A stretch of 64,000 bases of DNA from Epiperipatus broadwayi. Its lineage: Eukaryota > Animalia > Onychophora. Below are positions 14,569 through 27,980 of the stretch, in pieces (positions within the stretch are counted from its first letter, which is position 1; each line of letters opens with the position of its first letter). The stretch is from contig JAQFVV010000009.1 in NCBI GenBank assembly GCA_028023455.1, positions 17,980,001 through 18,044,000 on the forward strand, written 5' to 3'. The notes under the pieces are model-generated. The model did not search any database, was not told the origin of the DNA, and saw only the letters and a list, made by a program, of their open reading frames with translations. Position numbers and translations under genes: made by a program.

Positions 14569-14583
14569 CGCTAGATGGCGCTG
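14569..14583 (+). promoter_or_regulatory. CTCF-like motif 1 (CGCTAGATGGCGCTG)
   Basis: Close match to the CCACYAGRKGGCGC consensus. Confidence 0.6.
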
Positions 14584-14638
14584 TTCACCATGTGTACGCA
14601 CAGGAACATTATGCCAAGTAGCTGCCAGCACTACTGCT

Positions 14639-14653
14639 CACTTGGTGGCGCTG
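14639..14653 (+). promoter_or_regulatory. CTCF-like motif 2 (CACTTGGTGGCGCTG)
   Basis: One core mismatch to the consensus; same orientation as motif 1. Confidence 0.5.
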
Positions 14654-14744
14654 ATAGCCATAGGTAAACCGCTCCAACTTACATCGTCTGCTAAACAGCA
14701 ACTACCCAGCAATCTAGCCGTTTTCCGTGCGTAGCGTGGAGGAA

Positions 14745-14760
14745 CAGCGCCACCTAGTGG
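14745..14760 (-). promoter_or_regulatory. CTCF-like motif 3 (CCACTAGGTGGCGCTG)
   Basis: Essentially perfect consensus match on the - strand, convergent with motifs 1 and 2. Confidence 0.7.
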
Positions 14761-17700
14761 GCTATACCAAAAAAATTTGTTTTCTTGTTGCACTAGGCTT
14801 CAAATTAAATAAAAAGTGTTTTTTATATGCATTATTTAATTAAAATATTTTACAATCGTTATTTAATCAAAATATTATCATTGAATTTAACAAATACTTC
14901 TTAAAAGCTTTGTACACATGTATATATTTTTTAAAGATCAACTCTTATGTGTAATAGTCATAATAATGTAAAAAGCTCATTAAATATTGAGTTGCTAGAC
15001 TAAATTGTGTTCAGGAAATGAAAAACAGTAGCAAACTACCATTGTTGATGATCAAGCATTATCACTTCATCATGGCTATCTGGAAAGTTAAGATGGGGAA
15101 TAAAACTCCATTAGAGGTTTGTAATTTTTGTGAATTCCTATACCTCATTATTCTGTAATTATTGGTTTTTGAACTTTTTAGAGAAAAAAATTAAAAGTAT
15201 AGTGTAGCCACTAATTGTGCTATAGTTTGTTCTAAGCTCTTCTCATGTATATTATATATAATTATAATATATATAAACTGATTAGAATATGTATTATGTA
15301 TTGAATTGCAAATGTATAATATTTTTCAACATGTACATATATATATAATACATTTTATATGTATAATACATACTATATAAATTAAAATTATAGTATAAAT
15401 AAAAATTTTGAAAAATAATAAATAATACTAATATAGTTATTAATAATAAATTGAAGGAACATATTTATATATTGTAACGGTATGCACCCTTTCAACAAGA
15501 CAAGTTAAGGCAGTCGCATCTCACTATAATCAGATTTAAGGTCTTCATATAAGATGCCACAAATTATGTGATTTAATTTTGATATATACTATATCTGTTT
15601 CCAATAAATAATTTATTATTAATAAGTTATTATATTTAAACCACATCAAATCAATTTTCACCTTAATTGATTTAACCATTATGCTCAGATTTCGAACTCA
15701 GGGAAGTTTAACAATTTACTCTTTTCAGGAGTTCCTATCAATATTCTAAAGTAATATTAATAACAAATCTCACTAACTCTTTAAATTAATTAAAACAAAA
15801 TTGAAGACTTCATTTAATTTAATATAAAAACATAATAATTATTTATTTAACAAATAAATAACTTAAATTTTACAATATATAAAAATTATTTATATATCTA
15901 CCTTCTTATATTAAAAATATAAATATTCTATTTACTTATGGTAGATATATTTTCTAACCTATAACACCACATGATTTTACAACATATATAAAATATAAGT
16001 ATCTAAATATTAAGACTTTTATATTAACACTATTCTATAATAATTAGATTAGACAAATAATAATCCAATCATTTATATATAATATTTTCATTCATTAAAA
16101 TGATTGTACGTAATTTATGTTTATTAATATAAAAAAATATATTTCATATCAATGTTAGTCATTTATCCGCATCATACATTATGGTTATTAGACTATTTGG
16201 ATTAGTATTAACAATGTAGTGTCATGTTGTAGAAAATAATAGTATGTGAATTTAAAAATAATTTAATTTCTTACCTCAAGGTTCACTTTATCCTTTATAT
16301 TTTCACATGCCTTTCCCATATTAATATTTCTTACCCTGTATCTAAATCTTTATTAATCATAAATAAAAATAAAAATATTTTAAATTATTAATTCTCTCTT
16401 ATTATTCATTTCTTTAATAAAAATGAATCCGATAATAAAGGAAATGAAATTAATCTTTCCCAATTATAATTTTCAAAAAACTTAAATGGTATTTATAAAA
16501 GTTAATACAATAGTCTCAGATGTTCCTGGAATTCGCGAATGAAAATCCTTCGAAGAACGCAATTTTTGATTCCTTCGTTGTTAGACATTAAAGAAAATAA
16601 TAGGATATTCTAAGTTGACGTTTAGTTTCCTCTTTGTATGTAGATTTCATCTTCTTAATACACAGTTCCTTTGTTAACAATTATAATTCCATTTTGAAGA
16701 TCTAACTTTTTTATAATTTTAAGGCATGCAGCAAAAGATGTTATTCACACATATATATTTGACTAGGCAAGTGCATTTTATATATCCTATGATAAATAAG
16801 TGTTCTACTCACTCTGCATTTTCCTTATAATGTACATTAAATCTAGTTGAAGTTTTTATAAACATGTTCTTTTTTTAAAACAATGTTTACAATTTAGAAC
16901 ATGTAATTTGAACAATTTTTAAAGAACACAAAAATATATTCAAACTACTTTCTTTAAACAAATATTAGAAATTTCTTCTAATAAATATTAAATCATTCAA
17001 AATATAGATTTTATCTTACACTGTTCTTTTAAATTGAACATAGTATAAGTTTTTATGAGGATATAGCTGACAAAAATAGAATCCTTAGTCTTCTAATAAA
17101 AAGAATTAATATTTTTATATCGAGCTGCATGAGCTTGCGGAAGCATTCTACATTGTTACATTAGAATTCGATATTAAAACACTAAATTAATTTCATTTTC
17201 TTTAATTCGATAAACAGTAAGTGAACCCATAAGTCATTACTATGTCAACCATCTTCTCAACTTTTTTTTCATTTTAAAGAATGAAAAATACTAACTTACT
17301 AAATTATATATTTATTTTCATAAATATAATAAGAATACAAATATAATGTATACATATTGATTATATGTATGTATGAGTATATATATACTCCTACAATATA
17401 TTTAAATTAAGTAGATAAAGAAATGCCTGATTTTCCTAGAAATTAAATAATATGGATATTTTTTTTTGTCTTATAGAAACATAATGAACTAATATCTTTA
17501 TCAAGAAATTATGATCTTTCTACTGTTTTAATGTTTTTAAGTCAGTATTAACTAAGTATTCTCTAAAATTTTATAAGAGTTTTTGCATTACTTTTAGAAA
17601 ATATTTTATTATGTGAAATACTGCACACCAAATTAGGAAAGAATAGTAAAAAAAAAGAATAAAATGAATCTTCTTCAACATAAGCTGAAGAAATGTTATT

Positions 17701-18799
17701 AATGGACATGATTGTTTACGGCACTTCAAGTTGGAAAATGTCTGCTGGTGTAATTTAGAATTTATTTACAAACTTTATTTTTATAAATGTGATCACATAA
17801 ACATTCAGAAATGAAAAATGACTGCTTGATTCTCATAAAATGTATTACATTTGCAAATTTTAATGTCTTTTTTTATTGACTTGTTTATTTTTGAGGTAAC
17901 AATTTTAGTAATAATAATAATAAAAAATAGACAAGTATAAGTTTTAAAAAAGAAAAAGGCAAGCATTTCTTATAGTTCACTGGTTTGAAATTTGCTTGTA
18001 TTGTCTCTAAATTTAACATTCAAAGTTCAAATAATTGAAATCTGATTTTTTTCTTTAAAAAAAGATTCAAGTTTTATTTTGTTAAAATGACAAGTTTATA
18101 AAAGGATTTTATATTGTAACAATATTTTTTATTATTGAAAGTAATAAAATTAACTAAAAGAAAATGATTAAAAAATTGATCAATACAATTTATTTTTAAA
18201 CAATGACAGTTTAGATAAAAATGTAATTTAAAATTTTTATTAAAAGTTTGCTCTTTTCCCAGCATCTTCAGTCTGTTTTTTGGTTTTACAGTCGTCATTA
18301 GCTTTTTGTAAATAAACTTCACGTTTATTTTTATTTAGCAGTAAAGTTATGAACAAAAACAAATATAAAATATAATGATGCATGGTGCCTATATTTATGT
18401 ATATGCCATTTATCCTACACAATGTAACCTGAATTAATTATTTATCTTTAGCCTGTTATGTGATCAAACCTAAAATGCCATTTCTGAATTGTGTTTTTAA
18501 AAAAATTATACTTGCACCTAATGTTAAATGAATGTTCTCTCTCATGGAATATTTATATCTTTAGAGAGGTGAAGAAATATGATCCAAATAAGTTAAAATT
18601 TAAAGCAGCTAAAGAAGTTGAAAATTTAACATTTCTAAATTTTCAAGGTGGATTTATAACATCTGAAATACTGGAATAGATGTGAAAAGAAACAAATGAA
18701 GGAAAATGTTAAGCTTAACAAAAAGAGGATTTTTAAACCAGAGATTTTGATAAACTATTGTTTTAAGTGTGATCACCTGAAGGATAGTAATATTTATAT

Positions 18800-19084
18800 A
18801 TGGCAACATATTATGGAGAGACCAAAACTAACATTGCCACCAAAATAGCTCAACACCGATACCTTTACAATAAAACCAAAACAAAGTATGAAGGTAATTC
18901 GATTTTTGTCGAACACGAGAGAAACACTGGACATGCTTTTCTACCCACCACAGCCAGTGTCGTTTGCTCTGAAACAAATGACACCAAACGTAAAGTTAGG
19001 AAAGCTTACTTCATTGCGGCTGACCCATCGGCAATCAACAGAAGAGAGGCCTGCTATTTCCTATCTCATAAATGGTCCACGTAA
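18800..19084 (+). pseudogene. Penelope-like GIY-YIG endonuclease, 3' fragment (family 3)
   Basis: ORF YYGETKTNIATKIAQH...SIFVEHERNTGHAF...SETNDTKRKVRKAYFI has the YIG/GET, R-x-x-EH-like and E-x-x-x-I motifs of PLE GIY-YIG domains; no RT upstream. Confidence 0.85.
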
Positions 19085-19142
19085 CATCTGCACATAAGTT
19101 TGCATAAAATTTGCATATTTTTACAGTTATTAACAGAATAAC

Positions 19143-19188
19143 TCGCCATGAATATGGGACTGTAGACTATCCCGAAAGCGCTTGACGG
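19143..19188 (+). ncRNA. Minimal hammerhead-like ribozyme with AUGAAUA (A3-U8) core
   Basis: tcgcc-ATGAATA-t-ggga(ctgtagacta)tccc-GAAA-gcgc-TT-gacgg. Helix II is 4 bp, helix III is the palindrome AGCGCT, helix I pairs 4/5. Lies ~60 nt after the GIY-YIG stop. Confidence 0.65.
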
Positions 19189-22100
19189 TAAAATTTTGAT
19201 AATTTCATGACAATTTATTAATAGCTTCATTACCTGTGCGCAGAGCTCATTTATATATATTAATTTATTTAAGCGTTAATGAAGTAAAATCTTAACTATT
19301 TATAACTTAATGTAATGGTATCTTAATATTTTATATGTCTTTTGTCTAATAAATATCTTTTTTGTTAAATTCTGACCATTTAAATAATAAATTAAATTTT
19401 GTAGTAGGTAGTGAGATTATATAAGAGTTCATACTGTACCAAATTTAATCATGGTATGGTTTAATAATATTGATAGTGTAGAATATCCTCCCATGGATTT
19501 CCCAGTATTGGGTGGCAGTCTGTCTGGTTTTAAACTAATATAAATTTGTAATCCATAGAGGATCTAATTTTTCTTTAGTTACTTAGTAATGATTTAATGG
19601 TCTGGAAAGGTAACCATAGTCTATAATATTTTTATGAATATAGTTAGATCTGGTCTTTAGTATAATTTATGATTAAATTAAATTATATTTTTACTTTTAT
19701 CTTGTTTCATATCTGTTTTTTTATTTTATTTAAGTGCATAATCTCAAAAGTTATCTTTTATTATTAAGCATTAACTTTTCATATTCATAGGATTATTATA
19801 ATTTGTATTTAATTTTAATTTTGATGATCTCATTATTCAAATAGTAGAATTGTTACAATATATATGTAAGTGTAATAATGCTCAAGGCTAAACGGGTTTA
19901 TAAGTTATCATTAAAACCAATCAACCCTTAGTCAGTCCCAATATCAACAATCTCAAGCTATAATCAAGGCAACCTATTTTTAACAATAATATATATATAT
20001 TTGTTAGCATGTAATTGAAGTTATGTACTTTGATATAGGATAATTTGTATCTTCATGTTTCTGGATTTGTTGCTATAGAAAAACAGATTTCTAATATTTT
20101 TGTTTGTTTTTGAGGATAAACACTTAATATAGAATTGCAACATTTTTTGCTTTTATATTTTGTATACAATTGAGAATCTATAATGGATAAACGATTATTT
20201 TTAATCAACTTTTTTATATAAATTATAGTCCATGTATATGTTTATTATTACATCATGTTGCTGGATATAAAAGTGAATAAATATTTGAAGAGTGCCATCA
20301 TTGTTTTTATGTTCATAAAGATAACCAAACATTTTGCATAAAATTGCAATTTTTTTTCTTTACTTAGCATAAAATTAAACATACTTTGACCTGATTTTTT
20401 AGCAATTCCAATTTTTGAATTAATCTGCTATTCCATGAGGGCTGGCCTATAAGTGAATATTGTTGTTGTCAAGGTAAATGATTTTATATATATATATAAG
20501 TATATGTTGATAATTATTAGTTTGTCAAATAAATTTTTATTGCATTGTGATTATTATGTTTAATTGTTCAGATCTTCTTATAATTATTTCTGAGTTAAAT
20601 TCTAATAAAAAAAGAATTAATTCTTATTTACATCGTTTTGTTTTGTTTGTTTGTTTTGATAAAAAAAAAAAACTATATATAGTTTTCCCTAAAAATAATG
20701 TTGATTGGTGTCTCTCCCAATTTTATTTTATTTTTTCTTTAAATCTTTGATTAATGGTTTAATTTTCCCATAGCAGAATCTAAAAGTTATTAATAAAAAT
20801 TTAATTGTATTGATAGAAATTTAATTATTATTTATTTCCCATTCAATTAATAAAAGTTATTTCATTTGAAATTTTTTACTTTGCATTTAATAATATAACT
20901 TGGTATTGAAATGATAGAAATAATGTGAAGAGTTTGTTTAATATTAAATAAAATAGGGTTTTGGTTTTTATTTTTTAAAAAAAATCCTATGCAAATATGT
21001 ACAATATTTTAGTAATCCTCAACTTGAAAAAAAAAAATTAGAGTTCACTCATGTTGTTCTTCTGTTAAATGTCCAAATTTCAGATCAAAACACTTATTAA
21101 CCTCCTCCACACACCCCTTAACACAGAGACATATTTCATTTTAATGTTAAATTTAATTCTATAATTTTCATCTATTGGTTCCATTTATATTAATAATTTG
21201 ATCAAGGTATTTGTAATTTTAAATTCTAATTCATCATTATCAATCTTTATTATCTTGTGACAAAATCCATCTAACATTACTTTAATCTTTTTAATATTTG
21301 TGTTTAGTCCTACTGTCTTACTTTCATCTGATAATATTTGCAGTATTTCCTACAACTCTGAAGCATTACTTGCAAATACAATTATATTATCTGCACAATT
21401 TAAATAATTTAAACCAAAGATGTCCAAAATTCTTTCTGTGTTGTATGCAGCCTGCAGGTTTGTGTGGCTCCCTTCGGGGTTTTGATTTTTTTCCAAGTGA
21501 AAAAATAATAATTTGAATTGAATGCTTGTTAGATGTTTTAATTCTATCAATAATCAGTAATGCTGATATATATTATATAATTATCACATTACTGTATACT
21601 CAAGTATTTTTAGCTGTAAGATGCATCAAAGAAGTATCTTTCACTGTTTTGATCCAACATGCATGCTAGAATATTCATAGCAAATGTATGCATGATTAGT
21701 ACACAATTAGTTCTGTATTTATTATTTTGTATATAGTCTGCAGATAATTTTTTTAATGCAGCCCTTGGATTTCTTAAGATTGGATAATCTTCAATTAAAT
21801 AATCTCTATGTATTTTTATTGTCTTAGCTATCCACTGTAATTTATTAAACATTTATTGTAAAACTACTGTAAATTTTGGAGATAAAGAATTACCCTGTCA
21901 CATACTCTTTTCACTGTTTAAATATCTTAGTATTACCATGTAATTTCATCACAGTTGTTGCATTTTAATCAATAGTCTTCAAAATATGACAATATTCTAG
22001 GTTTATATTGCAATGATATAAAGCTTTAATCACTCTGGAAATGCTTATATAATCAATTGCCTTTTCATAATCTACAAACCCAAAGCATAATGTCAATTCA

Positions 22101-22742
22101 TCTTCAGTGATCCTTTCTATAATTTCTCTCAACACTTGAATGTGTGATCCATATGCTAAAATCACTTCTAAATCTAGATTGTTGTTTTGATTGGTTTGAA
22201 TCCAAAGTTTACTGTAAATGAATTGTAATTATTTTGATGAAGATTTTGTATAGAATTAATAGAAGATTGATAAGTCATTAATTTCTAATGCATTCTTCCA
22301 ATCCATCTATCTTTATCATTTAGACATTTGTTGTATAAATTTGTCAATATTTTTTCTATTTTTTCATTTGCTTTTTTAAGATATCAATAATAATTTCATT
22401 ATTTTTTGGAGCTTTCCTTTTCTTCATAGATTTGGCTGCATATTTCAGCTCTTCATTTAAATTGCTTGGCAATTCAGATGTTATAATTGCACTGTTTACT
22501 TTGTTTTTTTTTCTTTATTATTATATTATTCTTTGCAGAATTCTTTCGTACATTTCATAATGTTATCCCTAGTTTAATAATAGTTCTACTTTTCTTCTAT
22601 CATTGAAATAACTTTTCTAATACCAAGATATTATATACATTTAAGCCTTTTATTCTCTTTTTTTGCCAAATCAAAATTATATTTTCTTATATTATTAACT
22701 CATTTTTGTACCATTTTAAAGAACTCCAAATATTCAATTTTT

Positions 22743-22842
22743 TTTTTTTTTTCATATGTCAAATGTGTTGACCGGGAAGCTAACCACAGGCCAGCTGCTT
22801 GGAAGGCAACTATGCTAACCACTAGGCCATCAACGCCTGACA
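22743..22842 (-). mobile_element. tRNA-Gly(TCC)-derived SINE-like retrocopy with A-tail and TSD
   Basis: 22764-22836 reads GCGTTGATGGCCTAGTGGTTAGCATAGTTGCCTTCCAAGCAG...TTCCCGGTCAACACA, like eukaryotic tRNA-Gly(TCC) but with a broken T-loop. Poly(A) tail present; ATTCAATTTTT at 22732-22742 and 22843-22853. Confidence 0.8.
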
Positions 22843-23347
22843 ATTCAATTTTTCTTAATGGATCATTTTTAAATATTTTCATATTTTTTCTTCCTACAGT
22901 CTTTTCTCGGTTGAAAAATTACTAGTAAATTGCTGTTTTTTTGTGTCAGCTATTCTTGGATTAATTTTTATTAAAGTATCAGCTATCTTTTTATTATTCT
23001 CTGTTAAGTTTGAACTATTTTTCAAAGTCTAACAATATTTTAAAACATTTAGCGAGTTTCAATTTAAATTTAATGAAATGTTTCTGAAGATTAGGAATAT
23101 CAATTCTTAATAACCTTTCTTAATAGTTTATATCTTTCTAGTTTTATTTTAATATACATATCTTACATCTTGCAATTAATAATCACTTCCTGTGTTGAAC
23201 CTATTAAGAACATTAAAGTCTTAAAATACAAATTTTCTATTAGTTAAAATATAATGCAATTCTGTTGTATCTTCATTTGGATATTTTGTAACCATTTTCA
23301 TTTTGCATTTTTCTCAAAGAAATAATTCATAATGTAAATTTATTTTT

Positions 23348-23785
23348 AAGCATCACATGATCACTATCTATCACTATTGGTTTAACACCAATCCTGCCTA
23401 ATATGATAGTGGTGGCTATGGTTGTTAAAGAGCCAAAGACACCAAAATGTATGGGTGCTGAACTGAGTTCAGACCCATATGACTATATAAGCTATTGAGC
23501 TTAGATTGAAAATATTTTTGTGTTTTCAATTTTCATTTGCATAGTTTTGTAGTTAAGTAGAAATAAAAGGTGGGTGCTGGAGGGTTGCATTAGATCCTAA
23601 GATCTAGGTGCAGTGCTCTCAGATCCAAAGCTCCTCACTGACGATGGCCACAAGCCAGAAACTAGTCTGGGGATATTGGATGAGTAGGCATTAGATAGGG
23701 ATTTTATGCACATAGCCTTCTGGCATTCATTGATTACTCTGGTTGGCACAGGATGGCAATACTGTATGGAGAGTTTTGCTTTGTT
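23348..23785 (+). mobile_element. Family-1 hammerhead retroelement (retrozyme-like non-autonomous PLE), copy A
   Basis: Nearly one monomer preceded by a ~24-nt inverted piece; TSD TAAATTTATTTTT at 23335-23347 and 23786-23798. Confidence 0.85.
23632..23673 (+). ncRNA. Minimal type I hammerhead ribozyme (family 1)
   Basis: tcctca-CTGACGA-tggc(cacaa)gcca-GAAA-ctag-TC-tgggga; predicted cleavage after C23667. Confidence 0.85.
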
Positions 23786-24481
23786 TAAATTTATTTTTCT
23801 GCAAATTCCACAAGTCTGTATTCCCTCTCATTTCTGTCACCATAGCCAAATTTATTCACAATATTTTTTATCTTTCAAAATATGACTTATTTTTAATTTT
23901 ATCTCATGTATATTTTTTTCTCTTTTCTTTTTTAATTGCTTTTTCATAATAATTGTTTTTTTGTTTTTTTTTTTGTGCTTGGTTTTTTGACAATCTTTTT
24001 GTTAGCATATTTATGCATAGATAAGATTTATTCATTCTCATTATTGTGTAAATATAACTTTTTTTCACTTTTTAATTATTTATTTATCAAATTTCTTTTT
24101 TTTTTCTTAGAATTTGATTTGACCATGATCAGTTTAGTTCAATTAAAAGTTTAGGTTTGAATAACTAAACTGCAATCAAAATAAAATTGAAATTATTTTT
24201 AAATATATAAAAAATTAAGCTCCATAATGCTTTATTCTATTGCTTTATATTTTATTATACTGCAATCATAACATTTTAATAAATTTTTTTATAACTACTG
24301 AAACCAGTTTTTTGTTTCTTGATTTATTTTTTAAAAAGTAATCTGTATACTATCTTCCATCTCTCTTTTAGCAATCTTTATTTTTTAAAACAAATTTTTA
24401 TTATTTCATCATTAAAATTTCACTGAAGATCTTGTTATTTTGTTTCTAATATAACCGTAAATATTGTGCCAGAACATTGTA

Positions 24482-25235
24482 TTAACCCTTTTCCCGCCTC
24501 TTACGAAGCTCCTCGTAGACATCTGATGTCACTCTAACTCTGCCAGTTCTTATGCTAAAAAATTCGTTTGATAGGTTTTGAATAGGTTTTTAAAAGTTCT
24601 GTAAGATGGTGCCCTCTTCCAAATTATTTTACAAGTAAAAAATAAAAAAAAAACGCATTTAAACCTAAACAAAGAAAGAACATCGGTTGTAACTGGTTGT
24701 TAGTAAGCTCTCAGCCAAGAAAGACATTCTGATTGGCTGGAAAGAACAAAGAAACCGCCTGATCAAAGAAAATAAAGAAAAACGCTGAGATTTTCATTTC
24801 GAATATAATTTCAAAGAATATTAAGTATATATTCAGTAATTACAAATGATTTTCAGAGAGAATACTAAAAAAACAAAATTATTTTCGAAAAATATTGAAG
24901 ATTTTAGTAAAAATATTAAAGATTTAATAAAAAGAAATATTTACTTTTCTATAACGTAAAAGTCGACCTTTTTGTTTATATTATAGCTTTTATGTTGCCG
25001 AAATTGAATATTTTAGAATAAATAAATAGCAATTTATTTTTGAAAGAACTTTCGTTCTCTTCATAACCTGAAAAATTAGTAATATACTTTTTATAAACGC
25101 ATCTGAGTTGAATTTAATATTATAGGCAAATATGTTTTAACAATAGGCTTTGTCTTCAGTTTGTGAGTTGGCCAATTAAAAGATTTGATTTTTACCTCAT
25201 ACAACCAATAATATAATTAGCAGTTAAAAGGTTAA
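24482..25235. mobile_element. piggyBac-like non-autonomous element
   Basis: TTAA|CCCTTTTCCCGCC at the left end and GCAGTTAAAAGG|TTAA at the right; imperfect TIRs; CpG-richer interior. Confidence 0.5.
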
Positions 25236-27980
25236 GATAGTAGTGAGCAGTAACAAATTACAATGATCATGGATTACTGCATGATTGGAATATTATTCCA
25301 TTGCCTAGATACTTCCTTACATCTGGAAGAGAATTTACTATTCATACATAATTTCTGTAGAATACTGGATTCTCTCCTAATAATGTGAAATTCTTCAAAA
25401 TTGTTGTTTAATCACTTTTGTGCTACTTTTTTTAAAAAGGTAGTGAACTAATAAAAAAATATATACTTTTTTTATCATATTCATTTTTATGACTCCTTAT
25501 AACTTTTACATTAATCATTATTTTTTCATTCCTTTTTTCAATAATTCATTTTATCTTTTTAAGTTATCTTTTTGTTTATTAAGTATACAGTATATTATTT
25601 GAGTCTCTCATTCTCATCTCATTATTTGCCTATATTAATCAGTAGAAAGATAGATTAGCATATCCATCTGCTATCTCCATCACTTGGAGTTTGAATCCAG
25701 GTAAAATGATTTTTTTTTTTTTGCAAGCTTAGGAATATTTTTCCAAGTAAAGAATTCACAGTATCTTCATTAGCTAATCAGTTGTCTATGATATGATTAT
25801 ATACATACATGCTTATTAAAAATAACCCATTTAATAATTGTATAAAGAAATAAAATCTGTTTTATGAGCATAAAAAGTAAACCTATTCTAATTTTTGATT
25901 AGTGATTTTTGAGACAAAAAAGTTCCAAATTAATATACTGATTACATAACAAACTACAATTGTAATATGATTCAATTATGTTTGCTCTTTTATTGATTAT
26001 CAATTATCTAGAATTTTTTTTAATATCAGAAAAACTCAAATCAAATCTATTCAACATAACAAGATTTTAGTATATGTATATACATTTTTATTCTTTATGT
26101 TTCTTACGTTTTTTTTTTTTTTGTGAATGTACAAACAATTATTAAATTATCATTTACAGTTCTACCATTATTTTTTATCTTTGATGATTGTTGGTTAGTA
26201 TTCAAATAGAAAGAAAAAAATTTTTTTTGGAATATTGGAAATGTCTAAAAGTTTTTAATAAAAAAAAAATAGAAATATTATTAAGGAAGTTGATTTTTTA
26301 AAATATTTCATGAAACCATATGAATTTCATCACACAAAAAAAAAAAAAGAATAAAATCGACTGTTGAGATGCACTGTGGATTTAAGTACTTTAGTGTTCC
26401 TAAAGTGCCAAAAATAAGCACTACATATTTTTTCAAATTATATTTTTTCATCTTTAGACACTAATAAGAGCTACATTCTCTACAACTATTAAAAATTTAT
26501 ATTAAAAAAATTAGCAGTACAATCAAAATTGTCAAAATTTATATAGCATTTTTCATCCTAGCCATCTGGTCAAGCACCAAAATCTTTTTAATGAGTAATA
26601 TCAAAAGAATAAATAGATATTATTACATGAATTAATATTCAAAGTATTTCAGATAACATCGAAGGATAAAGGAAAATATAAGGCATAGTTGTTTTTTTTT
26701 AAAGAAAACAATGTTGTGTTATATAATAGGATAGTGGACTGTATTGCATCCTAAAAAAATTTTTTTTTTTTTTGGGGGGGGGGGAATAAAAAAAGCCCCA
26801 AAGAATTACTGCAGTTTAAAAAGATAAAAATGCAGTTATCTTTTTATCAAATGCACACACATATATATATATCAGTGATGAAGCGTGACTTTTTTAGGAA
26901 CGGAAGCATATTTCTTTTTTTATATAATGTTTTTATTTCACTTACACAACAATTTTTACATAATAATGCCTAATATATATATATATTACACACATCTAGA
27001 AAAATCTAAAACTCTTTATCTGTAAATCAGAGAATATATTATCAATATATTTTTATCTTTCAATTCCTTTTAACATTCTTAAAAGTTTTAACTATAAATT
27101 AGATCTTAGCATTGGATGAACTTCTTATAATCAATGAGAATGTGAGAATGAGTTAGTCGAGTTTATTCCCAATCCCTATGTATATAAAAACAATTCAACT
27201 ATTGGTAAAAAAAAATTGAAAGTGAATTTTTAAAATTGAATTTAATTAAAGCTTTTGCAAGTTTTAGTGAATTTTTCTATGGAAGCACTCATTCCGATCA
27301 ATATATGGACGCTTCATCCCTGATATATATATACAAAACCTGAAGAAAAGTTATAAATTTAAATTACCATGTATATTAATGTTACAAATATTTTTAAATA
27401 CAAAAGACACTTCAATATCACTGAGATTTTGTGATACGCAGTATCCCATAATTTCATCACTATAGGGAGGAAAAGCAATGTGAAGCTTTTTATAATTTTC
27501 TCAATATGTCCATTAATTAGTCTCAGTACATCATTTTTTATTCAGTCAACAGTGTTCTTGGCTTATGATCTGAATGTTTGTTAACTTTGCGGCTGCTTTT
27601 TTTAAAACTTCAATTTCTATGAGTAGAATGATTTGTATTTTTTTTCCTTCTTGTTTAAATACATTATTATGATCTATAGGGGGGGGGAGGATTAAATCTG
27701 TAATTATCTGGATTTATATGATACTCTATATGGCAGAAGAAGTGCAATTTTATAATATTTCAAAAATAATTTTTACTTCTACATAAAGAATATTATTAGT
27801 CTAGAATTGTGGGTTCCAGAGCTTTTTCAGATTGTGAAAAAATCATTCCATAATAAATGGCAAAATAAAAGAAACTTAAAAATATTATGGTAACAAAAAT
27901 TAAATAATTTATTAATGAGTATTTTTTAAAAAACATTATTAATTAAAGAAAAAAATTAATTACATTTAATTAGAAATTGC

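Larger units (their letters stand above)
21600..24150 (-). mobile_element. Degenerate RTE-type LINE (APE endonuclease + RT), interrupted by two insertions
   Basis: RT fragment HIQVLREIIER...LCFGFVDYEKAIDYI (ORF 21965-22165). Endonuclease fragments VNKFGYGDRNERE-RLVEF, HYILTNRK and LNRFNTGSD. Outer limits are approximate. Confidence 0.8.

Noticed and set aside
14300-14734. 144-aa ORF (and the other short ORFs in the track, e.g. 3799-4182, 48709-48933)
   Set aside because: No recognisable domain; low-complexity or antisense to repeats; explained by the local GC island or by chance.
19148-19187. SECIS element (some Penelope clades encode selenoproteins)
   Set aside because: The ATGA...TGAC spacing is possible, but there is no helix 2 pairing or apical AA, and no in-frame TGA in the ORF; the hammerhead fold fits better.
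15473-19857. TGTAAC...GTTACA-bounded element or solo LTR (candidate ends 17160 or 19857)
   Set aside because: The only flanking match is low-complexity ATATAT; no second LTR or internal domains.
22764-22836. Functional tRNA-Gly gene
   Set aside because: The T-loop/B-box is disrupted, and the A-tail and TSD indicate a retrocopy inside a LINE.
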